The notes below the pieces were generated by a model. That model did not search any database. It worked only from the letters and a program-made list of their open reading frames with translations, and was not told the origin of the DNA. The translations under genes and the position numbers were made by a program. Positions 1 to 12,505 of a stretch of 64,000 bases of DNA are shown in pieces (position 1 is the first letter of the stretch; every line of letters begins with the position of its first letter). Source of the stretch: Octopus vulgaris (lineage: Eukaryota); the NCBI GenBank assembly GCA_951406725.2, contig OX597823.1, positions 68,200,001 through 68,264,000 on the forward strand, in the 5' to 3' direction.

Positions 1-244
1 AAGCTGATAGTATATTTCTATTTTATTACAATACTTTTGTATATTCTGCAAAGTTCCGTTCTGTCAAGAGATTTTTTACCTTTTCTTTTCTTCTATATAC
101 TGTGACTATTTCAACTCTTCCATACAGCAACTTACACAGCCTGGATAAAATTTAGCACATATTTATCAATGGCAAGATGACTTTCAATATTAGGAACTTT
201 TTCAAATTAATTGTATTTTAACTTTTTATGTAAAAAAAGCCTCT

Positions 245-455
245 GGTTTGACAGAATCATTAGCACTTCAGGTAAAATACTTAGCAGTATTTTTTTACAG
301 TTCTTTACATTCTGAAGTAAAATTCTGCCATGGTCAACTTTGCCTTTCATCTTTTCAGTATTCATGAATTAAGTACCAGTTGAGCACTGGGGTCAATGTA
401 ATTGACTTATAACATCCCCTAAAATTGTTGGTGTTGTTCCAAAATTTTAAACAAT
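245..455 (+). mobile_element. tRNA-derived SINE, family A, degenerate copy
   Basis: Contains the family core GTCAACTTTGCCTTTCATC...ATTAAGTACCAGTTGAGCACTGGGGTCAATGTAATTGACT, which recurs in many copies across the window (best copy 57819-58020). Confidence 0.8.
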
Positions 456-1779
456 ATTTATATATTTTTATCATTTAATCTGATTAAGAGGTACATGGTA
501 TCTGAATCTTTTGTAAGGCCCAACTAGTGGAGTCAATATTGTTGAAGTTCTACTCGAGTGTTTACACGTAAGTGTTGGACAGAAAAAGAAGTGGGTAAGA
601 AATTCAGAAATGCACTTTTAGTAATGCTCTATGTAAGAAAGCTTTTAGTAAATTAAGATGATAATGATGAACTAAGAAAAGACAATTGTATCAGATGGGT
701 TTGATCATGAGTGATACATATTTTGCTATTGCAGAGATGCAGAAAATGTTATAATGTCAGTAATGAGATAGTAGGACAAAAAAATTACAAATCCATTAAT
801 GGAATAGTATTTGCAATGTACAGGGATATGAAAAATTGTAAACATTGATTTTTTTTTTCATTTTGTTTCATATTTATTCTCCTCTATCACTGTGATTCTA
901 GTTTTCTTATATGTGTAAACTTTATAATTCAGAGATTAAATTCCTACTGAAATGCTTCTGTCAACTTGAATAGCACTTTAGTGACTTGAATAAAACTCTA
1001 AGTATTATGCTTGAAATTACTGATAATCTGGTAAATATAGATAAAATAGTAATAGCATGAGAGCTAGTCATACAGTAACACTCATCTTGGTATAACTTAT
1101 AATGCTTTTCTAACTGGAAGAAATGTTTATCAAGTATTTCATGTAATACATATTAAAAAAAGTTTATATAGAAAAGAATGCACAACACCAGAACAAACTA
1201 TGCGACAACATTACCAGCATTGTAAGATGATACAACATACTTTATGTCATTGAGTCATGCTTTACCAAATATATAACATTGCTGGGCTAAGGTGTATGAG
1301 TATAATGCTATTGATCTAAAGTTCATGAGTTCATCTCATATCATTGCCATCACAAAGTGCTATAAAATAAAATACATTATTTGCCTCAACTTTATCTATC
1401 TGAAAAATCAGTATTTTGTTATCAAGTGGTCATCTATTTAATACTTACATACTCATGGACAGTGCCATCAAAGAATCAGATAATAATTGACAAAAATTTA
1501 CAGCAATCTCATACAAAAATCACTCCATTACTTAACATCATGAAATATTAGATATCACATGCATTTATAGTAAAAATAATTAAATGGTTACAAAATATTG
1601 TCCCATTATTAATTATAGACAGTAAAACTGTAAGATGTTAACAAATAAAAATTTCAAAAATTACTCTTTTTTACTGAAAACACAGTATTTGATTCTGCAT
1701 AAACTACTTGGAGGTAAAGCAATAATTGGAAATAAAACATTACGGAACATTATTTGACCCTACTGTATTCTCTCGCAAG

Positions 1780-2340
1780 AGTGAATACCATGGATTGCTA
1801 CATCAGTGTTTCTTCTGCATCTTAAGAATATCCAGTTCTTGATATTATTCTTCCACATAATTCTTGATTTTTCTCTTCCTCTTCTATTCATTTTGCTTTT
1901 TAGTAACAGTTTTTCTAAACCATTTTTCTAAGTAAATATCCAAAACCATTTTAGATGTTTGATGATGTCTAATAAAATTTCCTTAGTTTTACCATTCTCA
2001 ATACTTCATCATTGGTATTGTTTTATCCATGATGTTCTTAAAAGTCTTCTATATGCTGACATATGAAAAGCTTGTAATATACTTGAAAATACTTTTGTTA
2101 ATGTATGTGTGGTGTTCCATAAAATAGGGAGGACTTTACATGACACTTCAGTAACATTTTCCTAGTGTTGATATTAATGGTTCTGGTTACAATATTTGAC
2201 ATTTTTTCCAGATGGCTTTCAAGCTCACTCAATCCTTTTTATTTTGCCTTCATATTTCCCATTTTTTTCTGACTGCATATATTTCAGGTATGTTATATTT
2301 GTAATCTGTTCAATTGGTTTTCCCCTTTTATAGTAAAATT
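1780..2340 (-). mobile_element. RTE-clade LINE relic, C-terminal part of the RT ORF
   Basis: Minus-strand translation across stops and frameshifts gives ...PIEQITNITYL...NTRKMLLKCHVKSSLFYG...LQAFHMSAYRRLLRTSW...NDEVLRM...GLEKLLL...RGREKSRIMWKNNIKNW. This matches RTE motifs (YG.E.WT, LEAFEM..YRR.LRISW, GR.R..W...IK.W). Confidence 0.75.
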
Positions 2341-2501
2341 AATTCATTCTTAAATTTTTAAATATATTAATGAAAAGGAAAGAAAGAAAAATAACACAAG
2401 AAAACAATTAGAAATATTTTGATGATTTACAAAAGTGAAAATAAGTTCAATTGTTGATGACAGGTTTTAAAATGAATAAAATTAAATAAGTTGATGCTTA
2501 C

Positions 2502-2579
2502 ACTGACACCAGTTGATACAGCAGAATCTGATGAAGTTCCCAACTGAAGGCTGGCATAGCTGGAAACTTTGTTGAAAAC
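2502..2579 (-). CDS. Internal 78-bp exon of an unidentified minus-strand gene (phase-0 reading VFNKVSSYASLQLGTSSDSAVSTGVS)
   Basis: On the minus strand: branch point CTAAC (2605-2601), pyrimidine tract TTATTTTCTTTTTCATTACAG acceptor, and donor AGT|GTAAGC. Length is a multiple of 3, GC is higher than the flanks, and there are no stops. All three frames are open, so the frame is inferred. Confidence 0.75.
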
Positions 2580-3274
2580 CTGTAATGAAAAAGAAAATAA
2601 GTTAGATTCAAATTACAGAAACTCTAGTTGAATTTTTAAATAAATTAATATGAGAAGAGACAATGAGATGGTCCACAAGACTGAACTTCTGAAGAAGAAA
2701 GAAATAGATTAGCTTAATTATTATATGTCAGAATAAAGTATATAGAAAAAGAAACCAGTGAATATTAGGATCTGGAACAAAGTTGTTTTATAACTGAATT
2801 TATTGAAGTAATATTATCATTGAAAACAATATTAATATTAAATAGAGAAAGAAATTGAATTTGTAAAGTGAAAATATTTGAAACTTGTTCAACACACCCA
2901 AACTAATAAAAAAGACAAAAAAATTTTGAATTTTTACTTTGGAGAATTTCATATATAATGATAGATCAAGTCAAAATTGGATTTCATTTATACCTGTGTA
3001 AATATTTTTTTTACAAAATGAAATTATGTAACATCAAAGGTGGGACAAAATATTAACTAAACAATAAGTTATTAAAAGAGTTGGTAAATAAAACATACAT
3101 ATGAATAAATAGATTAATTATAAGTTATAAATAGATTTAATAATAGGTGGATAATAAAATGAAAGGTTAATTACTTTTCATTTTTGTGTTGATTAAATAA
3201 TAAAACTATTAAAAAATTTAAATAAAGCTGTTCAAGACATTTTGTTCCATAAAAGACCACTTAACAAAATGTAG

Positions 3275-3410
3275 TAGGATTGTTAGAGCATCAGATAAAA
3301 TGTTGGCAATATTTTAATCAAGGCCTTTTATGTTCTGAGTTCAAATCCTACTGAGGTCAACTTTTACCTTTCATCCTTCTGGGGTCTATAAAATAGTAAT
3401 CAGGTACTGG
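3275..3410 (+). mobile_element. SINE family A, partial
   Basis: GTTCTGAGTTCAAATCCTACTGAGGTCAACTTTTACCTTTCATCCTTCTGGGGTCTATAAAAT (B-box plus family core). Confidence 0.75.
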
Positions 3411-4389
3411 GTCGTGTAAATATTGCTATAAAGCATCCTAGATGTGAAAGGGATTATAACAGGAAACTAGATTATAATGCCAGTCAGTGTAAAAGTCAGT
3501 AGATTGGGTTCTTAGTCAAAGGTCACATCGCTTCTTGATTTATGTCTAACCAATTATAAAGTAGACAATAGCTCATTCAGTTTTGGTGTATTTATTTAAT
3601 TTACATTAAACAGGAAAATTTAATCTATTCTGGAAGCTAATTTCTCCTTTGTCATAATTTTCCCTCTTGAAAATAAATATAAGGAAATAAAACAAAATAC
3701 ATCATTATGAATTTGATGATACATTTATTAAAGTTAATTTCCTTATGTAAGCATGTAAGTTTACAATTAAAATTTATGAAAAAGCAACTATAAAAACTAT
3801 TGGATTCATACATTGGATGAAAACATTTCGATTGGCTTAAGACAGTAGATTAAAAAAAAAGGTTTGTCCATAAAATAAAATAAATGAAATTCTACACATT
3901 TTTGTCATTTTAATATGAAAATTGATTTCTTACAAATTGGGTGAGGGTGAGTAAATTATAATGACCATCCCAGGACTAACTTAATTTGTTAATTCTGGGA
4001 GAATGAAAGGTAAGATATTCAGGGCTTGTAATTAAAAACAGCAAGGAATTTTGTCCAATGCTGTAACAGTTCTTCCAAGTCACTGTCTTTAAATCCTATT
4101 TACAACGCTTTAATATTGCAAAGCCATCTTCTTATAAGAAGAAGAAAGAAATGAAATCCAAAATGCAATGCAAGAACTGAGTTAGACAATATGATGAAGT
4201 AAAAAACAAAAACAATTTGTCTCCAAAAATTTGTCGAGTCGTTAAAAAAAAAAGTCTTTTAACAATAACAACCTCTGATTTCTAAATTTAATCCATTGCA
4301 TAGTTTAACCCAACAAATACTCCTTCAGAAGCTTTAGTAAAGTCTGCTGCGAGCATTTAGGCTGTTTTGCTTCCTTCCCTTTCACTCAC

Positions 4390-4404
4390 ATAGGTAAATG
4401 TCAT
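4390..4404 (-). CDS. Candidate alternative first coding exon (MTFTY)
   Basis: Minus strand GGGGG-ATG ACA TTT ACC TAT|GTGAGT. The donor is strong and phase 0, so it joins the 78-bp exon in frame. It is very short and could be chance. Confidence 0.3.
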
Positions 4405-5584
4405 CCCCCTCCAACTAAATCATAGAACATTTGAAAAAGAAAAGCAAGAAAAGAAGAAGAAAAAGAAATCTAGAAAAGCAACCGAGTTCTCAAGTAAATT
4501 AAAAATATTCCTTATTTTCTTCATCAGAAACCCTACATTTGAAATCCTAAACATAAAAAACCAAAGCCCAATCAAAAATACCAATCCTCTCAGTTTGTAT
4601 AAACTTGTTGCTGTCAAGCGTTTTAAGTAGGTAAAAAATTTCATAATTTTTCTTTCTAATATAAATTGTATATTTACAAAATAAATTGTATCACACTTGA
4701 TAAATCACTGGAAACAATTCATGGTTGTTTGAGATAGTTTTCAAACACTTTAGTTTTAAGATGTCTATCGATTATAATAATGCTAAATATCTAGGTCCAA
4801 GGATACTAAGAATAAAACTTGAGAAAGTTTATATAGCCAATCATACATATGAACACATATACACACATGCCCACACTCATATACTTATGGGTGTATACTT
4901 GTATTAGTTTATATGATAATGTTTATGATAATGTATAATGACATATGAGTGTGTGCATGTTTAGCTGGTTAATATATATATATATATATATATATAGAAA
5001 TGTATCATAGAGTTTAGGAGAGAAAGAGGGTGCAGCTATAGTCATATACAATAATATAGAATATTAATTATATTACTCCACTTCAAAATTTGTGAGTTTG
5101 TGAGAACCCTTCTAAAACTTAAACCATATGTTGAATATACAAAATAAGTGATAAAAAAAAAAGGCAGAAAACAAAGTGATTATTAAATTAAGGTGAATAT
5201 TACATTTAAAGTAACTTCTTTTTGAGAATACTTTCTATATGTAAATACACACACACATATACACATCTATATTTACATGCATAAATTTAATATGTATGTG
5301 TGTATGTGAAATGCTAGAATAAGTAACAAATATGTACAAACATAATGAATTTTAAAAATGCAAAACATTTTACAAATAAAATCAATATATGAATATATAG
5401 GAGTTAATATATATAAATATATAAAATAAAATATATTAGAGAAATAACTATATATAATGCAATGTATAAATGCATATCAAATTTTCGGCAAATAAGAAAA
5501 CATAAAAAAAAAAAAATCTATACATTATCAGTAAGGTAAGTATATCAGAAGGAAATGATACAGAGTGTAGAGTAACTTTCTTAC

Positions 5585-5623
5585 ATTATAATTGATGCGA
5601 CTCGTCTCTGGAGAAGCAAGCAT
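5585..5623 (-). CDS. Candidate first coding exon (MLASPETSRINYN)
   Basis: Minus strand: the first in-frame ATG (5623) after an upstream stop, 13 codons, then AAT|GTAAGA donor. Phase 0, in frame with exon 2502-2579. It lies in non-repetitive sequence with CpGs, downstream of a long CT-rich tract. Confidence 0.5.
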
Positions 5624-5872
5624 GGAGTGGCAAACTGGTGGTTTTGGGTTTAAATAAAAACAGATGTATGTGCAAGTAGAAACAAAATGTGAAAAATTAT
5701 ATATATGAGTATTAAAACAGGTTGGAACTAAAAAGAGAAGTTGCTTCTCAGTCCTAGTGGGCTTGTCACTTGGAGTGTTGGTATTTGTAAGATCCAATCA
5801 ACAGGAACGGTGGGAGGTGCTTCCTTTTGAAAACTAACTAAATAACATTTCACTCATCTTCATGCACGTGTG

Positions 5873-6010
5873 TGAGAGAAAGAAAAAAGGAAGAGATAAG
5901 GAGCAGAGTAAAAGAGAAAGAGTGAGAGAGAGAGAGAAAAGGGAAGATAAAAGAGAGAACAGAATCAGAGAGAAAGAGGAAAAGAATTAAAGAAAGAGAA
6001 GAAGACTGCA

Positions 6011-6047
<37 letters not shown>

Positions 6048-6130
6048 AATGTAATAAAGATAGATAGATAGAGAGAGAGAGAGAGAAAGAGTGAGAGAGA
6101 GAGAGAAAATGAAAGAGGAATGAGAGAAGA
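5873..6130. repeat. GA-rich polypurine tract / (GA)n microsatellite upstream of the candidate first exon
   Basis: About 260 bp of nearly pure purine on the plus strand with several (GA)n runs. A CACGTG E-box lies at 5865-5870. Confidence 0.85.
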
Positions 6131-6699
6131 AGACTAAGCGAGAGCTACCTGGAATACGCAACTACACGCTTCCTTACTACTTTCAGTTGCTGGCTGATTA
6201 AGAGGAAGGAAATTACAAGACTTCTGTGATGCCGTTCTTATTGTTAATGTTGTTCTAATCGTGGTGTTTTGATTTGTTTGGATTTTATGTCACACTTTGT
6301 TAATGGTATCGTGAAATAGTCTAAATGACTGGATTTAGTAGTTTAATAACTGTTTATATTATTTATGATTATATCTCTGTAGAAAGCTAAACACTGCCAT
6401 CTCTGCCTCTTCAAAGAACAACAAAATTGAGGAAAATAGGATATGAAAGAACTGTAAATTGAAAAGAATTTTTTTTTTTATATCACGGACTTATAAAAGA
6501 ATATGCACATATGTACATAAGATTCATAAATTCACATGCATTGGTTCTATGCTTTGATAATCAACTGCTGCACGAACTTCTATTAACGCTCACACATTCA
6601 CACACATTTTACACACAAATATAATGCATACAAACAAAATATCAATTGTGGTAAAAATATATAAACAATGAGAAATAAAACCCGGTAAATTTATATTAC

Positions 6700-6867
6700 T
6701 TATGTATGTATGTATGTATGTATGCATGTGTAAATGTAGATATATTCATATATGTGCATAAATATGCATACATATGCACTCACACACTTACATGCATAAA
6801 CACATATAATATATGAGTGTGTGTGTATATATATTAATATATATTTATATTTATATATATATATGTG

Positions 6868-6925
<58 letters not shown>

Positions 6926-7435
6926 CATACACACACACAGATACATATATTTTCCTTTAAGGACACTGTAAAAAATTCAGTTAGCATTATGAATAGCTTA
7001 TATTATTTAATAGTAGGTAGCGGATAGCAATAGTTTTAATATATGACTGAGAATAGCATCTATTGACTATATTCAATATCGGAAATTTCACTTTAGTTTA
7101 GTAGCCACTGCACTTTCATACATGCGTGTGTATATATGTATATATATATGTATATATATATATATGCATATCTTTATACACATGCATATATGCATACATA
7201 TCCATACACATATGTAGAAACACATAAATGTTCATACATATATATATACACACATATTTATATAAAAATACATATGTATGTATATATTCAATTACATATG
7301 CATACATGCGCACACACACTCACATATAAACACACACATATATATATGTATGCATACACATACTCACATATATCTCTCTGCATAAATATATTTGTGAGAG
7401 AGAGAGAGAGAGTGTGTATAAACTCACACACATAT
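6700..7435. repeat. Compound (TATG)n/(TA)n/(CA)n microsatellite region
   Basis: Directly visible alternating purine-pyrimidine repeats (about 6700-6950 and 7118-7435). Source of the spurious Y/I/H/T-rich ORFs. Confidence 0.9.
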
Positions 7436-9819
7436 GAAAGAAAGAGAAGGGGAGGGAAATGGAAAGCAAAAAAATGAAAGAATTAAAAAAACAACATCTA
7501 ATGTGTCCTGCTTTTCACTTCATAAGTTTTTTGAGAGAAATTACTTTTTTTTTTTATTCATGTCTTCTTTATCTCATTTTGCCTCTGTTTTATTCCTCTC
7601 TTTTTTTCCCTTGTCTTATTTCTGATCTTTGTCCTCCTTATTTCTTTTCTTCTTTTAAATTCCTTTACTTATTTTCTTCTGTTACTTGTGTTCTCTTACT
7701 TTATCTTGTCCTCTTATTATTTCATTCTTTTCCTCATTCATTTCTTTCGTCTTGTTCCTGCCTACTGGAGGTGTAGAATCATTTATTGTGTCTATCTGTA
7801 AATCTATCTGGAGTCTCTTTATCTCTGGCTCTCTGTGTTCATCAGTGCAGACAACAGAAGAAAATAGAAAACATCAGCCTCTCTTTCTTTTGAAATAGCA
7901 GAATGCTTGACAGTATTTCATTTCATACTTGTTGAATAAAGTTCAAAGTGATGATTGAAACAAATCTGAAGAAAGGGTCTCTACCTTTCAGACTGTAGTC
8001 GACAACTTTAAATGTCTTATCAGACTTTTTCTCTTCTCCTCAATGGACTGTAAAGTTTATGCAGAATGAGACTCCAGTTTTATCTATTTTAAATCATGGA
8101 TACAATTTATCACACTGAAAGCTTATAGCTTTTATCATAGTAAAAGCTATATGGTCTAAACATCGCAACTCATCTTCCTAAAAATATCAGCTTCCATTCT
8201 ATGTATTAGAAATAATGAAGGTTTCATACATTGGCACAAAGTTCATGCATTTTAGGGGAGAAATGAGGTCAACTAAACTGACCAAAATACTTGACTGAAG
8301 TAATGCTTATTATTATTATGATTGTTGTATTAAAAGAAAGTTAACAGGGTTCATTTAGCATTTTCTTTTTAAATGGGGTGATGAAATAAAGTACAATACT
8401 ATATGAAATAAAGTACAATATATAGTGTTGGATTCAACTATTAAAATTGAATTATTTTTGTGCTCAATGAAAGTAAATTATGACTTTTGGTAAGATGCCT
8501 TTTTATCTAGTTTGGTTACTTGAATTTGCTTAAATCCAACTGTCTATAACTTATCTTTTTATTAGTTCAAGGCTGGGTGGATGTTACTCAATTATTGCTA
8601 ATATACTCAAGCTCTTTAAATTTAGCACTTAACTCCTTCTTTTTCAAAAAGGATGATTAAAAAAAGTTAAGTTTTAGGATCCATATAAACTCATTCCGGT
8701 TGTTATGGTCAGTGACTGCTGATTTTTTTTTACTGTATAAGATTTAAGCTGGTAATTTAAGCTTTAATAATTAATTAGTAATTATTGTTTTCATAATTTG
8801 ATAAAAACTATCGAGAATCAACTGGAAAAAGATTTAAAGTATTTAGTGCTGTACCTCAATGCTTTGAGTTAAAATCCCCCTGGATTTGACTTTTCTATAT
8901 TTCTGTAGTCAATAAAATTAAAAACAAGTGATGTACTGGTACTGTGTCAAACCACTTTACATATTTCCTACAAATATTTGCTGTATGCCAATTATGAATT
9001 AAAAATTATTCAGAATTGTGTAGTTTATATAACAGCATTGTAATTAAGTAGTGTTTAAGTCTTGTTGGTACTGCAGTGGGTGTAACAGAACTCTGCTAAA
9101 TCATACATGTCATAAGATATAAGATATGTTAAAATATAATTAAAGAAAAAGAATATTATTTTAGAACCAGTATAGTCTACCAATTGATTTATGGGATTGC
9201 ATCTATAAGACATGGAATCAAATTTAAACTTGTAACTAAATAAAGACAAGTTTTCATCATTAACAAAATAATACTAATACTCAAATTTATTTTTAACATG
9301 CCATTATGTTTACACTCATTGAAATCATCTTCATTATTGTTGCTATTTTTCATCACAAACATCATTATGGTGACAAATCTCTGACTTTATCTCTTCAGCT
9401 TGATCTGATACAGCAGACAGTATGCTAATTATCTGCAAGACTGGGCCTTTACAATTAGTAAAATTTGTTATCAAGGCATCTTAATTAACATCACAGATGT
9501 AGCTAGTGATACCTCAATGGATAATGACAATAGTTAACATCTTTTTAGGTGATAAAAGTATTTATTGTGTGCTTATATTCATTCGCAGGCATATGTATGT
9601 ATGTGTGTGACTGTATATGTGTCTGTGTTTCAAATATAAGTCTGCTTAACAGAGAAATGGAAGTAAAGGACTATCATACAGTACAAAGTAAAAAGAACAT
9701 TTGATAAACAGAGTATTAAAATTCTGTAGCTTTCAAAATCATTAATTAGATAATCATTAATAAAAAGAAAATGAAATGTTAAAAATTATGTACATGATAT
9801 AAATCTACTTTGAAAAATT

Positions 9820-10050
9820 TGTCATCATTTTAACTTTCAAGTTTCCATGCTTACAAGTATTGGGTAAAAATTTTTGAGGTTGATTTTCTATGGCTGTATG
9901 CTCTTGTTGCCAACACTCATCTGTTTCCCCTGTTCTTTCAAGTAGCAGACCAGCCAGATTTTTTTTTATAGAAGGATACAAACAAACAACACTGTTTGTA
10001 ATAACAATGGTGATGTTTGTTTACAATATCATGCAAGATCCAGACAAAGT
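9820..10050 (-). mobile_element. SINE family C (RTE-like tail), degenerate
   Basis: Reverse-orientation tail: CATCATTTTAACTTTCAAGTTTCCATGCTTACAAGTATTGG...TTTCTATGGCTGTATGCTCTTGTTGCCAAC. Confidence 0.55.
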
Positions 10051-10238
10051 TGGACACATGTGTGCACACACACACACACAAATGCACATGTCTAATATGT
10101 ATCAAATGGGATTAAATCCAAGACTTTGTAGTTGCAAAGAGAACTTCATAATTGCACAGCCATACCTGTACATATTATGCATGTGAGTGTGTGAGTGTGT
10201 GCATGCATGTATGCACATACACACACATGCATATATAG

Positions 10239-10400
10239 GCACAGGAATGGGTGTAGGGTTAAGAAGTTTCTTAACCATATGGCTTCAAGTTAAGCCACAC
10301 AGTATGTCTCCTTGAGCAAGTGACATCTACTATAGCTCTAAGCCAGCCAAGCCTTATGAGTGAATTTGATGAATGGAAACAATAAGAAACCTACTGCATA
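10239..10400 (+). mobile_element. SINE family B, 5' part
   Basis: GGCACAGGAATGGGTGTAGGGTTAAGAAG...TTGAGCAAGTGACATCTACTATAGC...GCCTTATGAGTGAATTTGATGAATGGAAAC, homologous to 11228-11636. Confidence 0.7.
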
Positions 10401-10984
10401 CATGTATATATCACTTGTCTGACTTTTTGCCATCACAGATGTTATTATTAAGAGATACCCTGAGAAAAATCTAAGTGTTAGCAACAAGAAGAGCCTTTAC
10501 AATACAAAGATAAATGCCTCAATAATATATTTAACTAATCTATGTAGGCATAGAAAGATGAACATAAAATAAATGAACAATATATCTGAATCAATTGGAA
10601 TCCACAGTAAGTACTCCAGCCGAGGAACTGGCTATCAGGTCACAGTGGTGAGGCCTTCAGAAATTACTCTGGAGTTTGGTCTGAAGAATTATATTCTCTC
10701 TTCTGTATAATATTGTGTGACTATATGAATGAATTATTCTGTATACATATATATACATATGTGTATGTATGTGTCTGCATTGAAGTTGATGGTGTAGATT
10801 TTGAAAGAGCTGTAAACTTGAAGGATAAATTAAAATTCTTTGCTGCTTACATTTTGAGTTTTTGCTCAGGTACTTTCCCCATTCCCTTATATAAATGCAA
10901 CATAGTCATGTACCTTCTCTGTAGCACAACACCTTTGCTTGTCCTTACTATAAAATCTCCTCTCCACCCTCTCAAATATTCCCT

Positions 10985-11220
10985 CACTTAGTGAAGGAGG
11001 CTCTTTTGCTTTTCCACCTGCCTTGAATGTTACTTGACAAACTCACAAATGCTGATGACATAGGAAAAAAGCACTCATTACACACTGTAAAGTGGTTGTT
11101 GTTAGGAAGGATATCCAGCAGAAGAATCCATGCCAAAGCTGATAAGGATCATGATGCAGCCCTGTGGCCAAATGGATCCTGTCAAAACATTTAAGTCAAG
11201 CCAAAATGAAAAACAAATGA
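10985..11220 (+). mobile_element. SINE family C 3' part (RTE-like tail)
   Basis: AAAAGCACTCATTACACACTGTAAAGTGGTTGTTGTTAGGAAGGATATCCAGCAGAAGAATCCATGCCAAAGC, homologous to 59860-60028. Confidence 0.7.
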
Positions 11221-11227
11221 CAGCAGA

Positions 11228-11636
11228 GGCGTAGGAGTGGCTGTGTGGTAAGCAGCTTGCTTACGAACCACATGGTTCCGGGTTCGGTCTCACTGCATGG
11301 CAAATTGAGCAAGTGTCTTCTACTAAAGCCTTGGGCCGACCAAAGCCTTGTGAGTGGATTTGGTAGACAGAAACTGAAAGAAGCCCGTCGTATATATGTA
11401 TGTGTGTGTATAAGTTTGTGTCTTTGTTTGTCCTCCCAACATCACTTGACAACCGATGCTGGTGTATTTACGTCCCTGTAACTTAGCGGTTCGGCAAAAG
11501 AGATCGATAGGATAAATACTAGGCTTACAAAGAATAAGTCCTGGGGTCGATTTGCTCGACTAAAAGTGGTGCTCCAGCATGGCCACAGTCACATGACTGA
11601 AACAAGTAAAAAGTAAAAAGTAAGTAAAAAGTAAAG
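11228..11636 (+). mobile_element. Full-length tRNA-derived SINE, family B (resembles the octopus OR-type SINEs)
   Basis: Pol III A-box TGGCTGTGTGG, B-box GGTTCGGTCTC, core GCAAGTGTCTTCTACTAAAGCC...GCCTTGTGAGTGGATTTGGTAGAC, internal (TA/TG) tract, and 3' GCTCCAGCATGGCCACAGTC...GACTGAAACAAGTAAAA with an (AAGTAA)-like tail. Retained CpGs suggest a young copy. The family name is from memory. Confidence 0.9.
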
Positions 11637-11728
11637 TAAGGGTATCTAAGAGATACGACCATGCTAGATATAGCAGTCAAAGTTTTGGCTGCTATATCCA
11701 GCATGGTGGTATCTCTTAGATACCCTTA
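11637..11728. repeat. 92-bp near-perfect palindrome (45-bp arms, essentially no spacer)
   Basis: TAAGGGTATCTAAGAGATACGACCATGCTAGATATAGCAGTCAAA-GT-TTTGGCTGCTATATCCAGCATGGTGGTATCTCTTAGATACCCTTA, with 3 mismatches between arms. Confidence 0.95.
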
Positions 11729-11854
11729 ATTATAATATATATATATATATATATATATGTGTATGTATGTATGTATATATATATATGTGTGTGTGTATAT
11801 ATATGAAATTTTGAATTAAAAGCAGCTCTAATAATGTAAACATTATATGTTACA

Positions 11855-12289
11855 CATACATAGTGTATGTGTTTTCTTTACATGCTAATTTGCTGCAGGA
11901 TAGCATCCTAAGAAAATTCTTACATGATGCTGGGTGTTAAAGAACACAGAATGTCTGAGACCAGCTTTTAATTCGAAATTTAATTTTGTTTTACTTGTGC
12001 TACACCATAGCACATCAGCAAACAGACTTTACACTATTTGCGTATATGTCTTATTTCATATATGTCTCAGTGATTCATTTCGTTTTGGGGCGTTTAAGTA
12101 TTTGATACTGAAGAGCTAAAACAACAGTGAAATATCAATATCTATTGTTCTAGTTCACTGCAGGCCATGTTGTCTCACTTGGTCTGAGACATTTAATGTT
12201 CTTTAATGCTTGGCATTGTGTAGGAATTTTTCCCTGGATGCTATCCCACAGCAAAATGGCATATAAATAAAACACATACACTATGCATG
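11855..12289. mobile_element. MITE-like element with ~110-bp diverged inverted repeats, in (TA)n context
   Basis: 11855-11963 (CATAGTGTATGTGTTTTCTTTACATGCTAATTTGCTGCAGGATAGCATCC...AATGTCTGAGACCA) is a diverged reverse complement of 12180-12289. Spacer is ~215 bp, with TA microsatellites on both sides. Confidence 0.7.
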
Positions 12290-12300
12290 AACAACCAATA

Positions 12301-12372
<72 letters not shown>

Positions 12373-12505
12373 CTACACACACACACATGAATAAGAGGAC
12401 AAATGAAAGAAAACGGCATTCAATACATTTAGTAGGCATTACAAGTATTACTTAAAACTGGTTTATTTGGTTCCATGTGACAAATTTTCACAGGACTCTA
12501 ACCTG

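Noticed and set aside
5850-6161. 103-aa Leu/Ser-rich membrane-like ORF (similar ones at 7459-7776 and 44008-44262)
   Set aside because: Translation of CT-rich low-complexity sequence.
7966-7993. CTGAAGAAAGGGTCTCTACCTTTCAGAC resembling a Penelope hammerhead core
   Set aside because: No GAAA box follows the stem and there is no surrounding repeat context.
11228-11300. tRNA gene
   Set aside because: The A and B boxes belong to a SINE head; there is no complete cloverleaf and the sequence continues into the SINE body.
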